Origin: an uncultured bacterium
Lineage (GTDB): Bacteria; Babelota; Babeliae; Babelales; Vermiphilaceae
NCBI GenBank assembly: GCA_963727255.1
Contig: CAVSFC010000001.1
Location: forward strand, 1-64,000
DNA length: 64,000 nucleotides
Reading direction: 5' to 3'
Under the pieces are notes generated by a model. It saw only the letters and a list, made by a program, of their open reading frames with translations, was not told the DNA's origin and did no database searches. Both the position numbers and the translations under genes were made by a program. This document shows positions 48,984-59,404 of this stretch, one piece after another. Each line of letters opens with the position of its first letter. Within the stretch, counting starts at the first letter, position 1.

Positions 48984-49277
48984 ATGAAAAAATTACTTCT
49001 AGCTCTCACTTTATTGAGCACAATCGTAGTCCAAGCCTATGATTACAATATTGATAAAGCAGCTTTATTCGCAGCCATCAAAGCAGATATTTATAGAGTA
49101 TTCACTCAAGAAATGTGGATTTCATCAAAAGATTTTGCAGCAATGGCTCAGGGCAATACTGAATTAGAAAATGATCTCAAAGATCTTTATGCGAGCTTTG
49201 GATCTCAAGAAGTTGCTCAAAAGAAACTTAATGCATTTTGCAAGAAATCGGATCTCGAGAAAATTGGCATAGGTTAA
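48984..49277 (+). CDS. Small secreted protein consisting of the shared MAxGN domain
   Basis: C-terminal ~65 aa nearly the same as those of 46934-47497. Confidence 0.8.
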   Translation: MKKLLLALTLLSTIVVQAYDYNIDKAALFAAIKADIYRVFTQEMWISSKDFAAMAQGNTELENDLKDLYASFGSQEVAQKKLNAFCKKSDLEKIGIG

Positions 49278-49292
49278 AAGTGAAAGTTCATT

Positions 49293-49826
49293 ATGAATAA
49301 AGAGATCAAAAGAATCGCTATCATTGGCAATGCCGGGTCGGGTAAATCAACCCTCTCGCAAAAACTTCACAAGATTACCAATCTGCCAATCTATTACCTT
49401 GACCAATATTTCTGGAAACCAGGTTGGGTGAGAACTGATCCGGATGAATATAAAAGCGTGCATGATGTCATCTGCGATAAAGATGCATGGATTATTGATG
49501 GCATTAACTTGCGGGTGATGGAATATCGGATACAAAGAGCTGATATGATCATATTTCTCGATGTGCCGCGCTATCTTTGTTTTTATCGAATTTTTAAACG
49601 CACTTTTAAAAATTATGGCAAAGAGACGACGAGTAGCCCGCAGGGTTGCCCCGAGCGATTTAACTGGGAATTTATAAAATTCCTCAAATGGGTCTGGGAT
49701 TTTAAAAAGAAATATCCGGCAGCAGTAAAAGCGTTACTCAAAAAATACTCTGATGACAAGCAGATTTATATTTTTAGATCACAACAAGAAGTTGATGCGT
49801 TTATTAAGAAAATTAGGAAACAATGA
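49293..49826 (+). CDS. FlaR/topology-modulation-like P-loop kinase (copy B1)
   Basis: IIGNAGSGKSTL, LDQYFWKPGW, WIIDG, GCPER. Confidence 0.85.
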   Translation: MNKEIKRIAIIGNAGSGKSTLSQKLHKITNLPIYYLDQYFWKPGWVRTDPDEYKSVHDVICDKDAWIIDGINLRVMEYRIQRADMIIFLDVPRYLCFYRIFKRTFKNYGKETTSSPQGCPERFNWEFIKFLKWVWDFKKKYPAAVKALLKKYSDDKQIYIFRSQQEVDAFIKKIRKQ

Positions 49827-50569
49827 ACTCATATTTTTTACTTCTCCAGTATTTACTCTATATGAATCCAGAAATTGGGCTCCCTACCGATCATAAAACT
49901 GAACATTGTTTAGTTTTCAATAGTGGTAGCTTAATCAGATCCTGCAACCGAGTATGCAATGAAAGCGTTCCAACTGATTTTGAAGTTACCGAAATCAAAT
50001 CCCATTTTGGCACATTACCTTTTACCTGGGCAGTAGATACTACTGATAATCAAACCATTGCAGTATTAAAACATAATAATTTGCATGCAGTCGGATCATT
50101 CCCTGCCATGATTCTTGATTTGAGAGATATCGAACCAGTCGATTACGGTAATGAAATTGCCATAAAAGAAATTACTCCTGAGAGCAACGAACGGCTCAAA
50201 TGGATTGAGATTGTTTCTACTTCTTTTAATGTTTCGCCCAGTGAATTAACAAGACTTCTCGATTTATTCATAGCTAAACTTTCTCCAAGTGCTCTACGAT
50301 TATATGTAGCCTATTATAACGGCCAAGCCGCTGCAGCGAGTATGGCACTGCAACATGGCCAGATCATAGCCCTGCATTGGATTGCAACGATCCCCGAATT
50401 TCGCAATAAGGGACTGGGATTTGCCGTTACCCATAAGCCATTAGTTGATTCAAAAGCCAATGGGGATGAGCAAGCACTATTATTAGCATCTGTAATGGGT
50501 AAACCGGTATATGATCGAATCGGCTTTGAGCAGTATGCTGTTTATACTATGTATGCGCCGCACGAGTAG
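49823..50569 (+). CDS. GNAT acetyltransferase
   Basis: IATIPEFRNKGLG, LLAS.MGKPVY.RIGF. Confidence 0.85.
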   Translation: MNSYFLLLQYLLYMNPEIGLPTDHKTEHCLVFNSGSLIRSCNRVCNESVPTDFEVTEIKSHFGTLPFTWAVDTTDNQTIAVLKHNNLHAVGSFPAMILDLRDIEPVDYGNEIAIKEITPESNERLKWIEIVSTSFNVSPSELTRLLDLFIAKLSPSALRLYVAYYNGQAAAASMALQHGQIIALHWIATIPEFRNKGLGFAVTHKPLVDSKANGDEQALLLASVMGKPVYDRIGFEQYAVYTMYAPHE

Positions 50570-50605
50570 CATATTTTATATTTGAAATTATTAAAAAAAT
50601 ACATA

Positions 50606-50634
50606 TTGACATTTCCCCCTAATTCAAATATTCT
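50606..50634 (+). promoter_or_regulatory. Putative sigma70 promoter
   Basis: TTGACA-17 nt-TATTCT upstream of ankyrin gene. Confidence 0.55.
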
Positions 50635-50693
50635 CTAAATACTGTTATTAATCCCAAGTTTGGGCGGAAATCATCAATTTTTGGAGTCATTCA

Positions 50694-51503
50694 ATGCAAT
50701 TTTCTTTTTCAAAAAGCTATTCACTTCTTTTTTTATTACTCTGCGTTGGCAATGCAAGTCATTCCATTACTACTATTTCATCACCTCTCAAAAAAGCACT
50801 TACTGAGCAAAAAAATAGAGATTTATTTTTTGCGATATTAGACGATAAACCCAACACAAAAACCATTGAAATGCTGTTAAAGCAAGGCGCCAATCCCAAT
50901 GCAAAATCATGGGACGGAACTGAAACGCCAGTATTAATCGCAGCAGTTCTATCCGGAAATGAAGCGGTTGTTGCATTATTGCTTGCTCACGGTGCTGATA
51001 TTAATGGGATAGATAAAGATGGAAATTCTGCTTTAATGTATGCAATGGAGCATAATAATATAAGTCTTATGAAACTTTTACTAAAAAAAGGAATAGCTCT
51101 AAACATTGAAACTGCTGCATTCATGCGTGCGATTTTTCATGGCAAAGAAGAAGCAGTCCGTTTATTTATTGCCAATGGAATTGATATAAATGCCAAAGAT
51201 GAGGACTTATCAACCCCATTAATGATAGCTGTTACTTTAAATCATCTAACTATTGCTCAATTGCTCATAAACAATGGTGCAAAGGTTAATGAAAAATATA
51301 CTGACGATAAATGCAAAAATGTTTATATTTCCCCTTTATTAGTCGCTATTTTAAACAGAAATCCTGCAATGGTACAATTACTCATAGAGAATGGAGCTGA
51401 TAAAGCCGCGATTTATCAAGATGGGAAAACTGATGGTAAAACTGCTTTAGATTTTGCAATCGAACAAGGCAACAATGATATTATTGCCTTGTTAAAAGCC
51501 TAA
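50694..51503 (+). CDS. Secreted ankyrin-repeat protein
   Basis: Multiple GADIN/TPLM/TALD repeats; signal peptide. Confidence 0.9.
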   Translation: MQFSFSKSYSLLFLLLCVGNASHSITTISSPLKKALTEQKNRDLFFAILDDKPNTKTIEMLLKQGANPNAKSWDGTETPVLIAAVLSGNEAVVALLLAHGADINGIDKDGNSALMYAMEHNNISLMKLLLKKGIALNIETAAFMRAIFHGKEEAVRLFIANGIDINAKDEDLSTPLMIAVTLNHLTIAQLLINNGAKVNEKYTDDKCKNVYISPLLVAILNRNPAMVQLLIENGADKAAIYQDGKTDGKTALDFAIEQGNNDIIALLKA

Positions 51504-52660
51504 AGCGCATCATCATTAAGCTCGTAGATTCTTTGTTTAATTTCGTCAGCTTTAATCAAATCATTTTGTTCCATAGCTTCAGAAAGGCGTGAAAATTCGG
51601 TTGCCATGCAATATACATAAGCATGGCGAACTGTGAGCTTTTCTTCCGATTTCTGATTATAGGCATGAACCGCCAATGCCACCAACTCCATATCAATCAA
51701 ATGCAAATACCTGAAATCATGATATGCCGTATCGATCGCCGCTGAAGTAAAATCAATAATGCCGGATAGTTTTTTGATTTTTTGATCAATAAGAATGTTA
51801 TCTGCATGCAAATCATTGTGAACCACCACTAATTTTTGCTCAGCAGCTACTACGCGTTGATATTCAATAATAAATCGATCAAATAGTTCTTGAAGAGATT
51901 TATCAGTTAATGATGATGCAAGTTTTGCTTGTAATGCTTTTGGTCTTAAAGGCCAATCGGCATCAGTAAGCCGAGTGGTGGTAAAAGGCACTGCAATGTT
52001 TCGTGCAGCATCAAGGGGAATGCTTGTATGCAATTCACAAAGAAATTGCGCAAAATCATCAGCGAATTGATTTTTTTCAGCTGGAGTAAGCTGCATATAT
52101 ATTTCACGTGAAAGCGGCACTCCAGGAATTTTTTTATATCCAAAGGTATAATCATCCTTTGAATAATAGATGACTTTTGGAATAGAAAAAGCAATTTTAT
52201 TTTCAAGTGCTTTAAGAAGCTGGACTTCAACGCTCATATGTTTGCATACATCTAAGCTTTTGGGCAATCGAAAAATCCAAGTACCGTTTATCTCAATTAT
52301 CTTATGCTCATCACCTTGTTTTTCATCGATAGTTTTAATAGAAAAATCCGGAATAGTTTTCAGTAAAAAGGATATGATGAACTCAATTTTGAACTTATCC
52401 CATACTTTCATGAACTCTTGCCTGCTCCATCCCAATCTTGTGGAATAAATGCCCGATTTGGCCCATGGCTCAAAGTCATGAAAAATTGCTGCAAATATTT
52501 CCCTACAAAATGCCTGTTCTGCTTCATCAAGCTCAATGTGCGTGGCCTGATCATTTTTGAATGCTTCGCCTTTTTTTAGAATACTTGTTGCTATTTTTTC
52601 ATCTGCAGCATCTGCAAGTATGCTTTCTAGAATTGAAAATTCTTCAAATGATAGTTTCAT
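51500..52660 (-). CDS. APH-family phosphotransferase with N-terminal extension
   Basis: WIFRLPK, VHNDLHADNIL, GIIDF. Confidence 0.85.
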   Translation of the reverse strand: MKLSFEEFSILESILADAADEKIATSILKKGEAFKNDQATHIELDEAEQAFCREIFAAIFHDFEPWAKSGIYSTRLGWSRQEFMKVWDKFKIEFIISFLLKTIPDFSIKTIDEKQGDEHKIIEINGTWIFRLPKSLDVCKHMSVEVQLLKALENKIAFSIPKVIYYSKDDYTFGYKKIPGVPLSREIYMQLTPAEKNQFADDFAQFLCELHTSIPLDAARNIAVPFTTTRLTDADWPLRPKALQAKLASSLTDKSLQELFDRFIIEYQRVVAAEQKLVVVHNDLHADNILIDQKIKKLSGIIDFTSAAIDTAYHDFRYLHLIDMELVALAVHAYNQKSEEKLTVRHAYVYCMATEFSRLSEAMEQNDLIKADEIKQRIYELNDDAL

Positions 52661-52782
52661 AATTGATTACCATTGTTTATCGAATTATAAGTTCCACACC
52701 AATTTAGCATTTTTTGCTAATTTTGATACTCTTAAGCAGGCAAAAAGCTTTTACAATACCACTTTTTTAATAGGAAGCAGCG

Positions 52783-53421
52783 ATGACTAAAAAACTTTTA
52801 TTCATATTATTACTGAGCACCAAGATGTACGGCTGTGCACGGTTTTTAACCGAGCAATGGGAAAAAGAACAAACACAATCTGAGCCAAGAAGTGGCCGGA
52901 TGGATTGGTGGGCGCCACAAAATGAGTCGGCTGCGCAACAAATAAATCAAGCTCGAAAATGCGAAAAAGATACTGAAGAAAAGAATCAGAAATCAGCTCA
53001 AAACTCTACGGATAGCCTTGATCAAGCAACTATGAACAAACTTTTGCATGCAACTGCAGCAGCAGGAAAAATTGATGCCGTCCAACATCTTCTAAAAATA
53101 GGAGCACCCATAAATGGACGTGATGAAGATGGATGGACTCCGTTGATGCAAGCAGCAAAAGGGAAGCATCTTGCAATTGTTAAAATGCTCCTCGATGCCG
53201 GTGCTGATCCGGATCTTTATTCTGATTATTGCAGAGCGTGCGATGCAGCTGCATGGAGTGGTGATTATCCTCCGGGCTGGCGCGGACCAAGAGAACGCAT
53301 AACTCCACCGCCACATAAATGTCGCCAAGTAACGACAGCCCCCGAAATTGCCAAATTTGGTCGACTTATTGAAATTGAAAATTTGTTTGAAGAATATAAA
53401 GCTCGCAGCACTAAAAATTAA
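52783..53421 (+). CDS. Secreted ankyrin-repeat protein
   Basis: GAPINGRDEDGWTPLMQAA...GADPD. Confidence 0.85.
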   Translation: MTKKLLFILLLSTKMYGCARFLTEQWEKEQTQSEPRSGRMDWWAPQNESAAQQINQARKCEKDTEEKNQKSAQNSTDSLDQATMNKLLHATAAAGKIDAVQHLLKIGAPINGRDEDGWTPLMQAAKGKHLAIVKMLLDAGADPDLYSDYCRACDAAAWSGDYPPGWRGPRERITPPPHKCRQVTTAPEIAKFGRLIEIENLFEEYKARSTKN

Positions 53422-53435
53422 TAGAATGGAGCCTT

Positions 53436-54098
53436 ATGAATACCATCGAAATTGAACTGCGATATGAAATTGTTGATAAAAATCAGTTAACACAATTCTT
53501 AGCTCCTTTAAAATTCTTGCGAAGCAATCAAGATATCGATATTTATTATGATAATGCCGATGCAATTCTCTATCAAAAAGGGATATTTATTCGCAATCGC
53601 AACAACAAGAAACTTGATATCAAATTTAATCGCGCGTGCTTAGATAACCCTGATCTTGCAATTCAAGATTACTGTGAAGAGCATAGCTTTGCATTGCCAT
53701 TGCAAGAAAAAAATCTTTCTAGAATTAATGAATTACTAGTGAGCCTACAATTACAACCATCACCAATTGCAGATCTTGAGGAACTTAAAAAAACCAACAA
53801 TTTTTTTGAGCATTATCGAGTTGATAAAGTACGCACTTCATACTCGCATAATTCATTCACGATTGCCGTTGATGAAGTTGTCGATTTAGGAACTTTTCTT
53901 GAAATCGAACTTATGGCGCAAGATACGCAAAATCTTGAAGAAGTAAAACAAGAAATGGTACTGTTTATTGCTGGCCTCAAGTTGCGGCCATTAAGAACAG
54001 GATATGGCACCTTACTTTTGCGCAAGAAAGATTTTAAGCATTATTTGCTCGGAAGATTTATTTTAGAAGAAGATAAAGTATGTAGGAAAACGCTATGA
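53436..54098 (+). CDS. CYTH-domain protein
   Basis: EIELR, DIYYD, KVRTSY, DEV.DLGTFLEIE. Confidence 0.85.
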   Translation: MNTIEIELRYEIVDKNQLTQFLAPLKFLRSNQDIDIYYDNADAILYQKGIFIRNRNNKKLDIKFNRACLDNPDLAIQDYCEEHSFALPLQEKNLSRINELLVSLQLQPSPIADLEELKKTNNFFEHYRVDKVRTSYSHNSFTIAVDEVVDLGTFLEIELMAQDTQNLEEVKQEMVLFIAGLKLRPLRTGYGTLLLRKKDFKHYLLGRFILEEDKVCRKTL

Positions 54099-55612
54099 AA
54101 TTATTTACTATTTCTTCCATTTTACTTATATGTCTATCGCTCATTGGTTGCGAAATGCGGCGCGAGAAAAATAATAGAGAAAAAGTTGAGCATGGTTTAC
54201 GTCATTCAATCATGATAGTAAATGAGAAAAATCCGCACATGTCACTTGCTGAAAGAATGAAATATCATAATGTACCTGCGGTAAGTATCGCGATGATTAA
54301 TGATGGAAAATTGGAATGGGCCAAGGGTTATGGTCATATTTCCTTTGCTCCTAACGCCCAAAAAGTTGATGCCGACACATTATTTCAGGCAGGCTCAATT
54401 AGTAAGCCTGTCACTGCGATGGGAGCTTTATTGCTTGTTGAGCAAGGCAAATTATCACTTGATGCAAATGTAAATGACTATTTAAAGTCATGGAAAATTC
54501 CCGATAATGAATTCACAAAGAAAGAAAAAGTAACATTGCGGCGATTACTTTCCCACACTGCAGGAACCGGTGTTCATGGATTCCCCGGCTACTCAGTGGG
54601 CACGCCAATTCCAACCATAGTTGAGATTTTAGAAGGCAAGAAACCACTGGTGAATACCGATCCGGTACGTGTAATTCAAACACCGGGAAAAGAAGTGAGC
54701 TATTCTGGTGGTGGAACGACTATAGTTCAGTTGCTCATCGAAGATGTAACTGGTGAAAAATTTGATGTATGGATGAAGAAGAATGTGCTGATACCTTTTG
54801 GCATGCATGCAAGCACCTTTGCCCAGCCGCTCACCCAAGATTATGCTAATCATGCTGCCTATGGGCATAATAAAGATGGCAAGCCAGTAAGCGGAAAATG
54901 GTACATTTATCCTGAAATGGCTGCTGCCGGCTTGTGGACAACGCCAACAGATTTGGCCAACTTTCTCGTAACAATATTAAACATATCACATGGCAAAAAA
55001 AAGGGCCCTATAAGTCAAACCCTTATGCAGGAAGCATTAAGGCCACAAATGTCTTGCTCGTCAAAAGATAGCGCCTGCCTTGGATTTTTTTCAAGCGGTA
55101 TGGAGAAAGAGAAAACCCTTGAACATGGTGGTGTTGATGAAGGGTTTATTGCAAATATGCGCGTGTACCCGGAACTTGGTAAGGGATGGGCGATTATGAC
55201 GAATGGCATGGGTGGATCAATGCTTATTTCAGAAATTGAATCCAGCATTGCCGATTCATATGCAATGCCCGGGCTGGAAGCTACCATAAAGACCCCAATA
55301 CAATTGGATCCCGCCTCATATAGTAAATTTGCGGGTGTATACAAAGATCCAAATGCAAAACAAGAGCACATTATAACCATTAGCATGCGCGGTGATGCAT
55401 TGTTTATTGTAGACTCATATACATCCATAACGGATGAACGCCAATTATATCCTGCCAAAGAGGATATCTTTTTTACGAAAGAATGGCCGGTGGCGATACA
55501 ATTTTTAAGCTCAGGCGATCAGATCGATCGGCTTAGGTTGATTGATAAAGATGGCAAGCCACTTTCAGATGAAAACCAAAAAGAAATGGTATTGAAAAAA
55601 AGTAAAAAATAG
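54095..55612 (+). CDS. Serine hydrolase, class C beta-lactamase-like, putative lipoprotein
   Basis: LIGC lipobox, FQAGSISK, LLSHTAG, YSGGG, HGG. Confidence 0.9.
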   Translation: MKLFTISSILLICLSLIGCEMRREKNNREKVEHGLRHSIMIVNEKNPHMSLAERMKYHNVPAVSIAMINDGKLEWAKGYGHISFAPNAQKVDADTLFQAGSISKPVTAMGALLLVEQGKLSLDANVNDYLKSWKIPDNEFTKKEKVTLRRLLSHTAGTGVHGFPGYSVGTPIPTIVEILEGKKPLVNTDPVRVIQTPGKEVSYSGGGTTIVQLLIEDVTGEKFDVWMKKNVLIPFGMHASTFAQPLTQDYANHAAYGHNKDGKPVSGKWYIYPEMAAAGLWTTPTDLANFLVTILNISHGKKKGPISQTLMQEALRPQMSCSSKDSACLGFFSSGMEKEKTLEHGGVDEGFIANMRVYPELGKGWAIMTNGMGGSMLISEIESSIADSYAMPGLEATIKTPIQLDPASYSKFAGVYKDPNAKQEHIITISMRGDALFIVDSYTSITDERQLYPAKEDIFFTKEWPVAIQFLSSGDQIDRLRLIDKDGKPLSDENQKEMVLKKSKK

Positions 55613-55626
55613 CTAAAGCGAACAAA

Positions 55627-56907
55627 ATGCACCAGAAAAAAATATCTCTTACGAGTGCCATCATCCTGACTATAAATATGCTGGTTGGCTCAGCAATTTT
55701 AGCATTTCCAGGTTTGATGACCGGTATCGCAGGTAATGCAAGCTTTCTATCGTGGGGAATAGTTGCTCTTTTATTCTTGCCTTTAGTACTGGGTGCTGTG
55801 GAATTGAGCCGTCTTTTTCCCGGCGCTGGTGGATTTTATATGTATGTAAAAGAGGGTTTGGGAAAAGAAGCAGGATATTTGGCTGGTTGGCTTTATGTCA
55901 TCGGTTATACCTTCTCCATAGCCTTAGAAGGGCTTGCATTAAGAAAAATAGTAACTTCTTATTGCTTCAATATTACATTCCTTGCTAATGCACTTATTTT
56001 TAACCTTTTATTTGTGGGCCTCCTAATACTCTTTAATATAATAAACCTTAAAGTACTGAGTAGATTTTTGAGTTTCTTTACGATTTGTAAAACATTGCCT
56101 CTTATAATCCTCATTTTGCTTATTCCATTTATATTAAATCCCAGCTTCACAATCAGTAGCACTGAGTTTTCTTTATTGCCAGGCTCTTTGCCCTTGGCAA
56201 TCTTTGGATACCTGGGCTTTGAATATTGTTGTAATATTTCTCAGCATATTGAAAATAGCAAAAAGAATGGACCGCGCGCGATTCTAATTGGATTTTTGTC
56301 TACCGCGCTTATCTACATGCTTTTTCATTTTGGTCTTTTGAACCTTATGGGTGCTCAGAAACTTGCTGAATGCGGCGCCCCTGCCTATGCATCATTTTTG
56401 AAAATGCCAATTCCTTATTTGAAGGAATTTATCAATTTCTTAATTCCTATTGCTTCTATTATTGCAATTGGTGCAACTGCTATCGCACTTCTTAATGCTA
56501 ATACAGAAATTGTATATTTCATGGCCCAAGAAGGTCGTTTTTATAAATCAAACTTATTATCAAAGGTTAACATTTACAACCGCCCTTATATAGCAGTGTT
56601 GTTACAAGGAGTAACGGTTTTTACGATAATAACTTGTGTTCCATATATTAATGTTATTAATGGTTTATGTAATGTAGCCTGTTTCTTAGGTTATCTACTT
56701 CCCTTTATTGCTTTATTGACTTTGCAAAGACGGCTTGCTGTTTATAGAAAAATACCTTTGACTGTTTTAGCCATTATTATTATTGTGGGTCTAATTTTTT
56801 ATAACTGGCTCTTCATGGCCAATACAATTGTTGAACGATTGCTGTATACTGCATTGCTTTGCGGAATTATTGGTAGCGGATTTTTGATTCGAAATCGCGA
56901 ACACTAA
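55627..56907 (+). CDS. APC-family amino-acid permease (copy B2)
   Basis: Close paralog of 44108-45388. Confidence 0.9.
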   Translation: MHQKKISLTSAIILTINMLVGSAILAFPGLMTGIAGNASFLSWGIVALLFLPLVLGAVELSRLFPGAGGFYMYVKEGLGKEAGYLAGWLYVIGYTFSIALEGLALRKIVTSYCFNITFLANALIFNLLFVGLLILFNIINLKVLSRFLSFFTICKTLPLIILILLIPFILNPSFTISSTEFSLLPGSLPLAIFGYLGFEYCCNISQHIENSKKNGPRAILIGFLSTALIYMLFHFGLLNLMGAQKLAECGAPAYASFLKMPIPYLKEFINFLIPIASIIAIGATAIALLNANTEIVYFMAQEGRFYKSNLLSKVNIYNRPYIAVLLQGVTVFTIITCVPYINVINGLCNVACFLGYLLPFIALLTLQRRLAVYRKIPLTVLAIIIIVGLIFYNWLFMANTIVERLLYTALLCGIIGSGFLIRNREH

Positions 56908-56915
56908 GATTACTT

Positions 56916-57788
56916 TTATCTTACCAATAATACTCGCGCTTCTTCTTCTGATAACCACTTCTCATACTCAACCAAATGCTTCATCTGCAGGGTAGCAACT
57001 TCTTTATCAAGCTCACCCGGCACAAATCGTGCACCATTATAGTGAAATCCATAAAAAGGAATTGCTCGTTTTTTCATTTCCTGTGCAACTGATTCTACGC
57101 GTTCCATGCTATCATCAAAGAAAATCACTTTATCGGGTTTTAATGCGGTGCGATCAAGAAATGCACCGAGTACTTGGCCCTTGGGAGATCCGGATGCAAT
57201 TAAAATACCACGATATAATATCGGATGTTGTTCTTTTTTTGCCGGCAACTCATTAAAAACCATATCGGGAAAGCCGGCCTTGGTAAAATCAAGCCCGAGC
57301 TTTTTTAAGGTGGTATAGCGCCATTCAGGCAATGAAGAAATAGCAAAATCTGAACCGGACATGAGCGAGGTTAATACCATCACTTTCACGCTACGATTTT
57401 GCAAGTCAGCAATAGTTTGCATAATGCTCGGCTCAACCAGCATTGGAGTCTCTTGTTGCTTCCAAATACTCCAATAATACCCTTCTGGTTTTTTAGCATC
57501 CTGAAAGATGGTTTTTTGCGTTTCTTTAAGCCATTCAGTGTTATCTTCTATTACTTTGACATGAAACACTGCGCTTGAAGGAACATACAGCACTTCGCGG
57601 ACGTCAAAAAGCACCAAGCTATGGGATGTTGCAGCGCTTAGCGTATCTGCCGCTTGGGCGAAAGAATCGATAGATGTAATGGTATTTACCGTGGCAAAAA
57701 GCTGAGTCTGATGCCCGTAAAAAAGGCCTATTCCTATGGCTCCCGCTGCCAGACTATAGATTAAAAGAAGTGATTTGTTCATTTTCAT
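56916..57788 (-). CDS. DUF2608-type HAD-fold protein (copy B2)
   Basis: Close paralog of 45385-46269. Confidence 0.85.
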   Translation of the reverse strand: MKMNKSLLLIYSLAAGAIGIGLFYGHQTQLFATVNTITSIDSFAQAADTLSAATSHSLVLFDVREVLYVPSSAVFHVKVIEDNTEWLKETQKTIFQDAKKPEGYYWSIWKQQETPMLVEPSIMQTIADLQNRSVKVMVLTSLMSGSDFAISSLPEWRYTTLKKLGLDFTKAGFPDMVFNELPAKKEQHPILYRGILIASGSPKGQVLGAFLDRTALKPDKVIFFDDSMERVESVAQEMKKRAIPFYGFHYNGARFVPGELDKEVATLQMKHLVEYEKWLSEEEARVLLVR

Positions 57789-58006
57789 GGTATTTTACCC
57801 CTCTTTTTCAGATTAATGCCTTTTTTTGCTTTTGCAACCACAAACCTGTGGGATTTTGTATAAGAAAACATGCCCCTTGAACTCACCCAAAAAACATTTT
57901 TATTTGTCAATCTATGCAAGATTTTACTTGCCATTAAGCATTTTTAGACTATTCTTAAAGATATACTATTGTACGTTTAAAACTTAAAAATACCTTTGGA
58001 GGTTAT

Positions 58007-58507
58007 ATGAAAAAGAACATATTAATTTTACTCAGCTTGGTTGCCTTCGGCGGAACCGTTTCAGCGATGCACAAATTAAGCATCGCTGATTTACAGGCAA
58101 AATTTGATGCTTGTGTGAAGAAGCACGATGAAAATCTTCATAGCGAGGATGAGCGATGCGACAGCTTGAGATATACTCATGGACGAGATAAAATCGGAGT
58201 ATCTACCTGCAAAAACAATGCGCGTTATTTGCTTTCGCAGCAATGGTCATTAATAAATGGCTGTGCCAACATTAAAGAAGAACTTGTAAAAAGAACGGAA
58301 AACGAAAGAGAAATCGAAGACAAAGAATTTAAAAAATGTCGCAGCGCGAATCCTAAAATCTTCGAACGAATAGATAATCTTTGTAGTCCATTAAAAGATA
58401 ATGGAGAAAGAGCTGATTGCTTTGCATGGGCATTTATTCTCAAGGATGATCTTTGTGAGGCATTAAATGAATGTAATGCATCGCAAAAACAAAATAATGA
58501 TAAATAA
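58007..58507 (+). CDS. Secreted Cys-rich hypothetical protein
   Basis: Leader MKKNILILLSLVAFGGTVSA-MH; C-x14-C..NGER..C like 46492. Confidence 0.8.
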   Translation: MKKNILILLSLVAFGGTVSAMHKLSIADLQAKFDACVKKHDENLHSEDERCDSLRYTHGRDKIGVSTCKNNARYLLSQQWSLINGCANIKEELVKRTENEREIEDKEFKKCRSANPKIFERIDNLCSPLKDNGERADCFAWAFILKDDLCEALNECNASQKQNNDK

Positions 58508-58521
58508 GCATTGAGGATCAT

Positions 58522-58923
58522 ATGAAAAAGAATGTATTAGTTTTACTAAGTTTGAGCGCTATTTCTCCTCTGGTTGGCATGGATCATGAAATCTCAATAT
58601 TTAAAACCAATAAGACCCTTCAAGAAGAAACCAGGATTAGCTTTGATGAATATCAAAAAATGGGCCTTTTAGAATCCTTTACAACAGATAAAAAAGTACA
58701 AATGACGCGGGAGCAAAGGCAAAAACTAAGCTATCTTAAAACGATTGCAATAAATTCTGATGCAAGAATTCTTTTAAAAGGTACAGCCATCACTGCTACA
58801 TTCGGCGCACTTTCATTTGTTGCAGCCTATCAAGGCTACCCTAAAATTGCTATTGGCTTAGGGTCAGGCGCTGCTCTTTCTGCCGTAGGAACTACCGCTA
58901 TAATTCTTGCCCCACCGCGTTAA
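58522..58923 (+). CDS. Secreted protein with C-terminal Gly-rich TM hairpin
   Basis: Paralog of 59405-59806 (AYQGYPK...IILAPPR). Confidence 0.8.
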   Translation: MKKNVLVLLSLSAISPLVGMDHEISIFKTNKTLQEETRISFDEYQKMGLLESFTTDKKVQMTREQRQKLSYLKTIAINSDARILLKGTAITATFGALSFVAAYQGYPKIAIGLGSGAALSAVGTTAIILAPPR

Positions 58924-58967
58924 TAACTACGATGAGATTGAAATGATAAATAATTATTGAGGATCAT

Positions 58968-59384
58968 ATGAAAAAGAACGTATTACTTTTACTCAGTTTA
59001 GTTGCCTTCGGCGGATCAGTTTCTGCTATGGAAAATAATAACCAAAATCCTGGTGACGCTGCCATTACAAATAATCCAAAAGCATGGCTTGCTACAAAAA
59101 TAGCCGGCGGTTTTGCGGGAATGTATGGCGGGCTTCTTGGCTTTTCAGCTCATTTAGACTCTGGGTTTTATAAACACGAGCCATTACCTCTTCGACTTTT
59201 AGAAGGAACTCTTTCTCCATACTTTACAAAAAGTAGATTGGGAAGATTGACAAATCTTTTTATGCTCGCTCCGATCATATACGGTAGCTGGAAAGGCGGG
59301 CAAGCGGTTTCAAAAGCGGCTTGGTATCCCGCATGGAATGGCGTTGATAAAATTCAAAGATTTAAAGAATCTATCAAAAAATAA
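58968..59384 (+). CDS. Secreted membrane protein with Gly-zipper-like helix
   Basis: Leader ...VAFGGSVSA-ME; GGFAGMYGGLLG. Confidence 0.8.
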   Translation: MKKNVLLLLSLVAFGGSVSAMENNNQNPGDAAITNNPKAWLATKIAGGFAGMYGGLLGFSAHLDSGFYKHEPLPLRLLEGTLSPYFTKSRLGRLTNLFMLAPIIYGSWKGGQAVSKAAWYPAWNGVDKIQRFKESIKK

Positions 59385-59404
59385 GAAAATATGAGGATCA
59401 TGAT

